A stretch of DNA of 64,000 nucleotides from Camelus dromedarius (Eukaryota). Both the position numbers and the translations under genes were made by a program. Position 1 is the first letter of the stretch. The number at the start of each line of letters is the position of its first letter. The stretch is from positions 21,454,001 to 21,518,000 of the forward strand of contig NC_087437.1 in NCBI RefSeq assembly GCF_036321535.1, in the 5' to 3' direction. The notes beneath the pieces were generated by a model that searched no databases, was not told where the DNA came from, and saw only the letters and a list, made by a program, of their open reading frames with translations. Positions 60,961 to 64,000 of the stretch are shown one piece after another.

Positions 60961-61519
60961 TCTTCACTACGCAGAGGCTCTTGGGGTCCACAGGTGATTT
61001 CCTTTGGACACTGGCTACAGCATGTTTGGGTGTCAGCCACCACTTTTAGACAGTGAGCTCCCTAAGGACAGAAACAGGGCCTTTGTCTTCGTTTTTCCTC
61101 CAAAGTAACTGATAAACGGCTATATGAACAAACTAATTAATATGTGCAAGTCTCTGCCAGACCTTACCTTCTGCCTGATGTGGCCATGAGACAGCCAGCA
61201 GTGAGCCCTTCCTGACGTCTGTGCCAATCTGGCGCACTGGCATCTGACCATTGATGCAGGCCTTCCAGTGTGTAAGGGAGGCCTGGAGTTGTGCTGCCGG
61301 CCTTGAGCCTGGCATCTGGAACACCAGGACTGAGCCCCAGATCCCACCCGAGTGTCAGACTACCTCCTTTCTCTTCCCCCTCATTTCATGAGCCCAGCCT
61401 GATTTGGGTTGGGCTCCTGCCTGGGTTTCCTGCTCTGTACCTCCCCTTCTGATTGTGTCTGCAGCCCTGGCCTGAACACCGCTGTGAGACAGAGGTGGAA
61501 GTAACCGTGGCATGGCTGC

Positions 61520-61690
61520 ATGTCCCTCACTTGCACGGGCCCCTGCCAAGACCCTGAGCAGAGCCCTAGTGAACCGTTCAGGGGCCTGTGCTTTACGGCG
61601 TTTGCAAAAGTGAACTATTTTTGTATTGCTTTCTTAAAGTGGGTCCTCCAAATTGTACACATTTCAATTCCCACAAAACCATAGTCCTCC
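61520..61690. mobile_element. MER53-like hAT fragment
   Basis: cacttgcacgggccc and ttttgtatt...cttaaag..ggg..c.ccaaattgta...cccacaaaacc. Confidence 0.45.
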
Positions 61691-63229
61691 CCACCTTTGT
61701 ATAGTCCTCGAAGCCTGGACTTCCTCTTCTGGGCCCCCATATGGTGGTGGGAATGCTGCCTGCATGCGCTCTGAGTACCACAACCCCCAACTCACCATTT
61801 GGAACCCCCTGAGCACTGACATCAGCTGGGATGGCATCTGTCCTCCCTACACATCTCCTACATCGTGGGTCTAAGCCCTGGCTCCCTTCCTCAGGGCCAG
61901 CTTAAGCTCCAGCCCCTGCCCATTCCTCACCATTGTTCTGCTGAGGTCCCTGCCTTCCTGGCTGTTAAGCCCGTTCACTCTTGAAAGCAGTCAAAACGGA
62001 AGGAAGGAGAACCAGGAAATTCGAGTTCTCGAGCCTGATGTCCATCAAGATCTGAAAATAAAAGAGGACTTTGGATCAGACCAAAATCAAGGGAAGAACT
62101 GGAGATGGAAAGGTAGAATATCTGTACCAGAAAACTCAGACTAGAGGAAGTTAATCTTTAACACAAATAAATAAGCAAAAGCTTAGTTCCATGCTTCCTA
62201 GCAAAGTGTAAAGGGAAATGTGAACGTTTTGTCTGTCAGAAAGAAAGAAGTTGTGTGAGTAACAGCTGTGTCACTGTGATTGTGCTTCTACGTACAATCC
62301 TATATTAGTTCTCTCCGAAACCCAGGGAGGGTCCCTGTGCTGGTACCTTGGGGAACAACATCGCCCTCAAAGCTCCACAGCTAGTACGTGATGAAAGCAG
62401 GATTCTTCCCCCTGAACAGTGGTTCTTCAGAGCACCTGAAACATCAGCTGTTTCCAGAAGTAAACAACAAGAACGTCTCCTGCCACCCAGTCTGTCTGGG
62501 AAGGCCCGTCCCAGCCTCAGCAGAGGGAGCTGAATAGGTGCGGGGCCTGTCTAGACCTTGATGGGGCCCTGGCAGAAACGGGCCTCTTCCTGGCTGAGCT
62601 GCTGGGAGTCTCTGAAAGGATTACCATCTTATCTAAGAGAAACCAGAGACACACCTGCCGCACCTGCCCAGGTACCTGCTCATCTCCACGCCCTTCCCAG
62701 GCGTCCTGTGTCAGGAACATGAGTCAGCTCGTTCCTCCATGTCTTCAATTCTCCCCTCCTGTGTATTAAATGACAGGAAATCGTTTCTTTCACTCACTTG
62801 TCTGTGTACGACATGGGAGGGAAGGAGCCTTCTGGTGCACAGATTTCTGAACACACCTTTCACTTTTATGAACACTCAGAGGCTGGGAAGGTCCAAAGAG
62901 AGGCCATTGTTAAGAGGAGCATTCTCCCTCCCCTTCTCATCCCAGTCTTCCTGTTTTGCTTGTGGTCAGAAGCCTTTTATTCAACGAGGGACGTTATAAA
63001 ATCTCAAATGAATGGGTTCTGTGAGTTAAGATTTGAACCACATTTAGAGAATGCCTGAAAACACTTTTTAATTCGTGGATATAAATAAAATGTCTTTTGA
63101 GGAAAATTGTTTAAAGTTTAGGTTGCTTTTTCCCTTTGTTTTCTTTTCCTTCTTTAGTGACAGACTGCTTTGTACATCCTCCCCCTCCCATCCTCCGTTT
63201 TCTCCTTTGAGAAGTCCTATTAGATATTT

Positions 63230-63790
63230 GATTTTAAAAATTACTTTGACACAATTTCAGACTTACAGAAAAGTTACAAGATATCACAAAGAATTCCCAT
63301 ACACCATCCACCCAGATTTCCCAAACATTAACATTTTACCACATTTATTCATCTTTTTCTATTTAATCTATTTACCCATATTTTTCTCTGAACCATTTGA
63401 AAGTAAGTGGTAGGCATGATGCCTATTTGCTCCGAGCTACTTGAGTCAGAACTTCCTAAAAACAAATATATTTTCTTACATAATCATCACACACAATACT
63501 ATTAGCTAATCTAGTGTTCTTTTTCGGATTTCACCAATTGTCACAACAGTGTCCCTTATAGAAAAAGAAAATCCCGGATCATGTGTTGCATTCAGTGTCA
63601 TGTTTTTTAAAGTCTCGTTTCACTGGGAACCATTGCTTTAGCCTTTGTCTTTAGTGACCTTGACATTTTTGAAAAGTATAGACCAATCATTTTGTAGAAT
63701 ATCCTTCACTTTGTGTTGCTCTGATGTTTCCTCAAGATTAGATTCAGGTTATGCACTTTTGGCCAGAATAGCACAGAAGCAACGTGCTCT
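63230..63790 (-). mobile_element. Old L1 (L1MC-like) 3' end
   Basis: aatttcagacttacagaaaagtt; ttttgtagaat.tcc; agattcaggttatgca. Confidence 0.78.
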
Positions 63791-64000
63791 TCTCAGCAGT
63801 GCTGGGCCTCAGGTAAGGCAATGGTGATCCCCTTAGTTTAAGGAGAGATTCATTCTCAGCTTCATGCAAGTTCAGGATCAGCCTGAGATGCCTTGTTTGC
63901 CTCCCCTGAGTCCTAGCCCTGCTTCTCAACACATAATCTTGAGAGGAGTGTAGAATCTATTAGTTCAACATGATGTGTGTTGGCCACCTGATTAAGGTGG

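Noticed and set aside
113..63932. Remaining 60-130 aa ORFs in the track
   Set aside because: No recognisable domains, many use non-ATG starts, and they lie in introns or repeats; expected by chance.

Overview
Mammalian genomic DNA, not microbial. The window holds the complete coding sequence of glycerol kinase 5 (GK5, FGGY sugar-kinase family) on the minus strand. I traced 16 coding exons by hand from the ATG at 58193 to the TAG at 4214. All 15 introns are GT-AG with consistent phases, giving 1605 nt = 534 aa + stop with no frameshift or internal stop. A CpG-island promoter with GC boxes and a full CRE palindrome lies at about 57.8-58.5 kb, and 1-4213 is probably 3' UTR. The introns are mostly repeats: old and younger L1 pieces, L2, MIR, MER20/MER58/MER81 DNA elements, MLT1/MLT2 LTRs and ten copies of a tRNA-derived SINE resembling the camelid Vic-1 family, so the host is probably a camelid (inference). 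Repeat family names are recalled from consensus sequences, not from a database search, and repeat boundaries are approximate. I see no evidence for a new multi-gene system. The best leads are retrotransposition by-products: a polyadenylated non-repeat insert inside an L1 carrying a sense-strand splice donor, two apparent 3' transductions, a poly(A)-only insertion, an L1 whose 5' end is joined to ORF2, and inverted SINE pairs bracketing GK5 exons.
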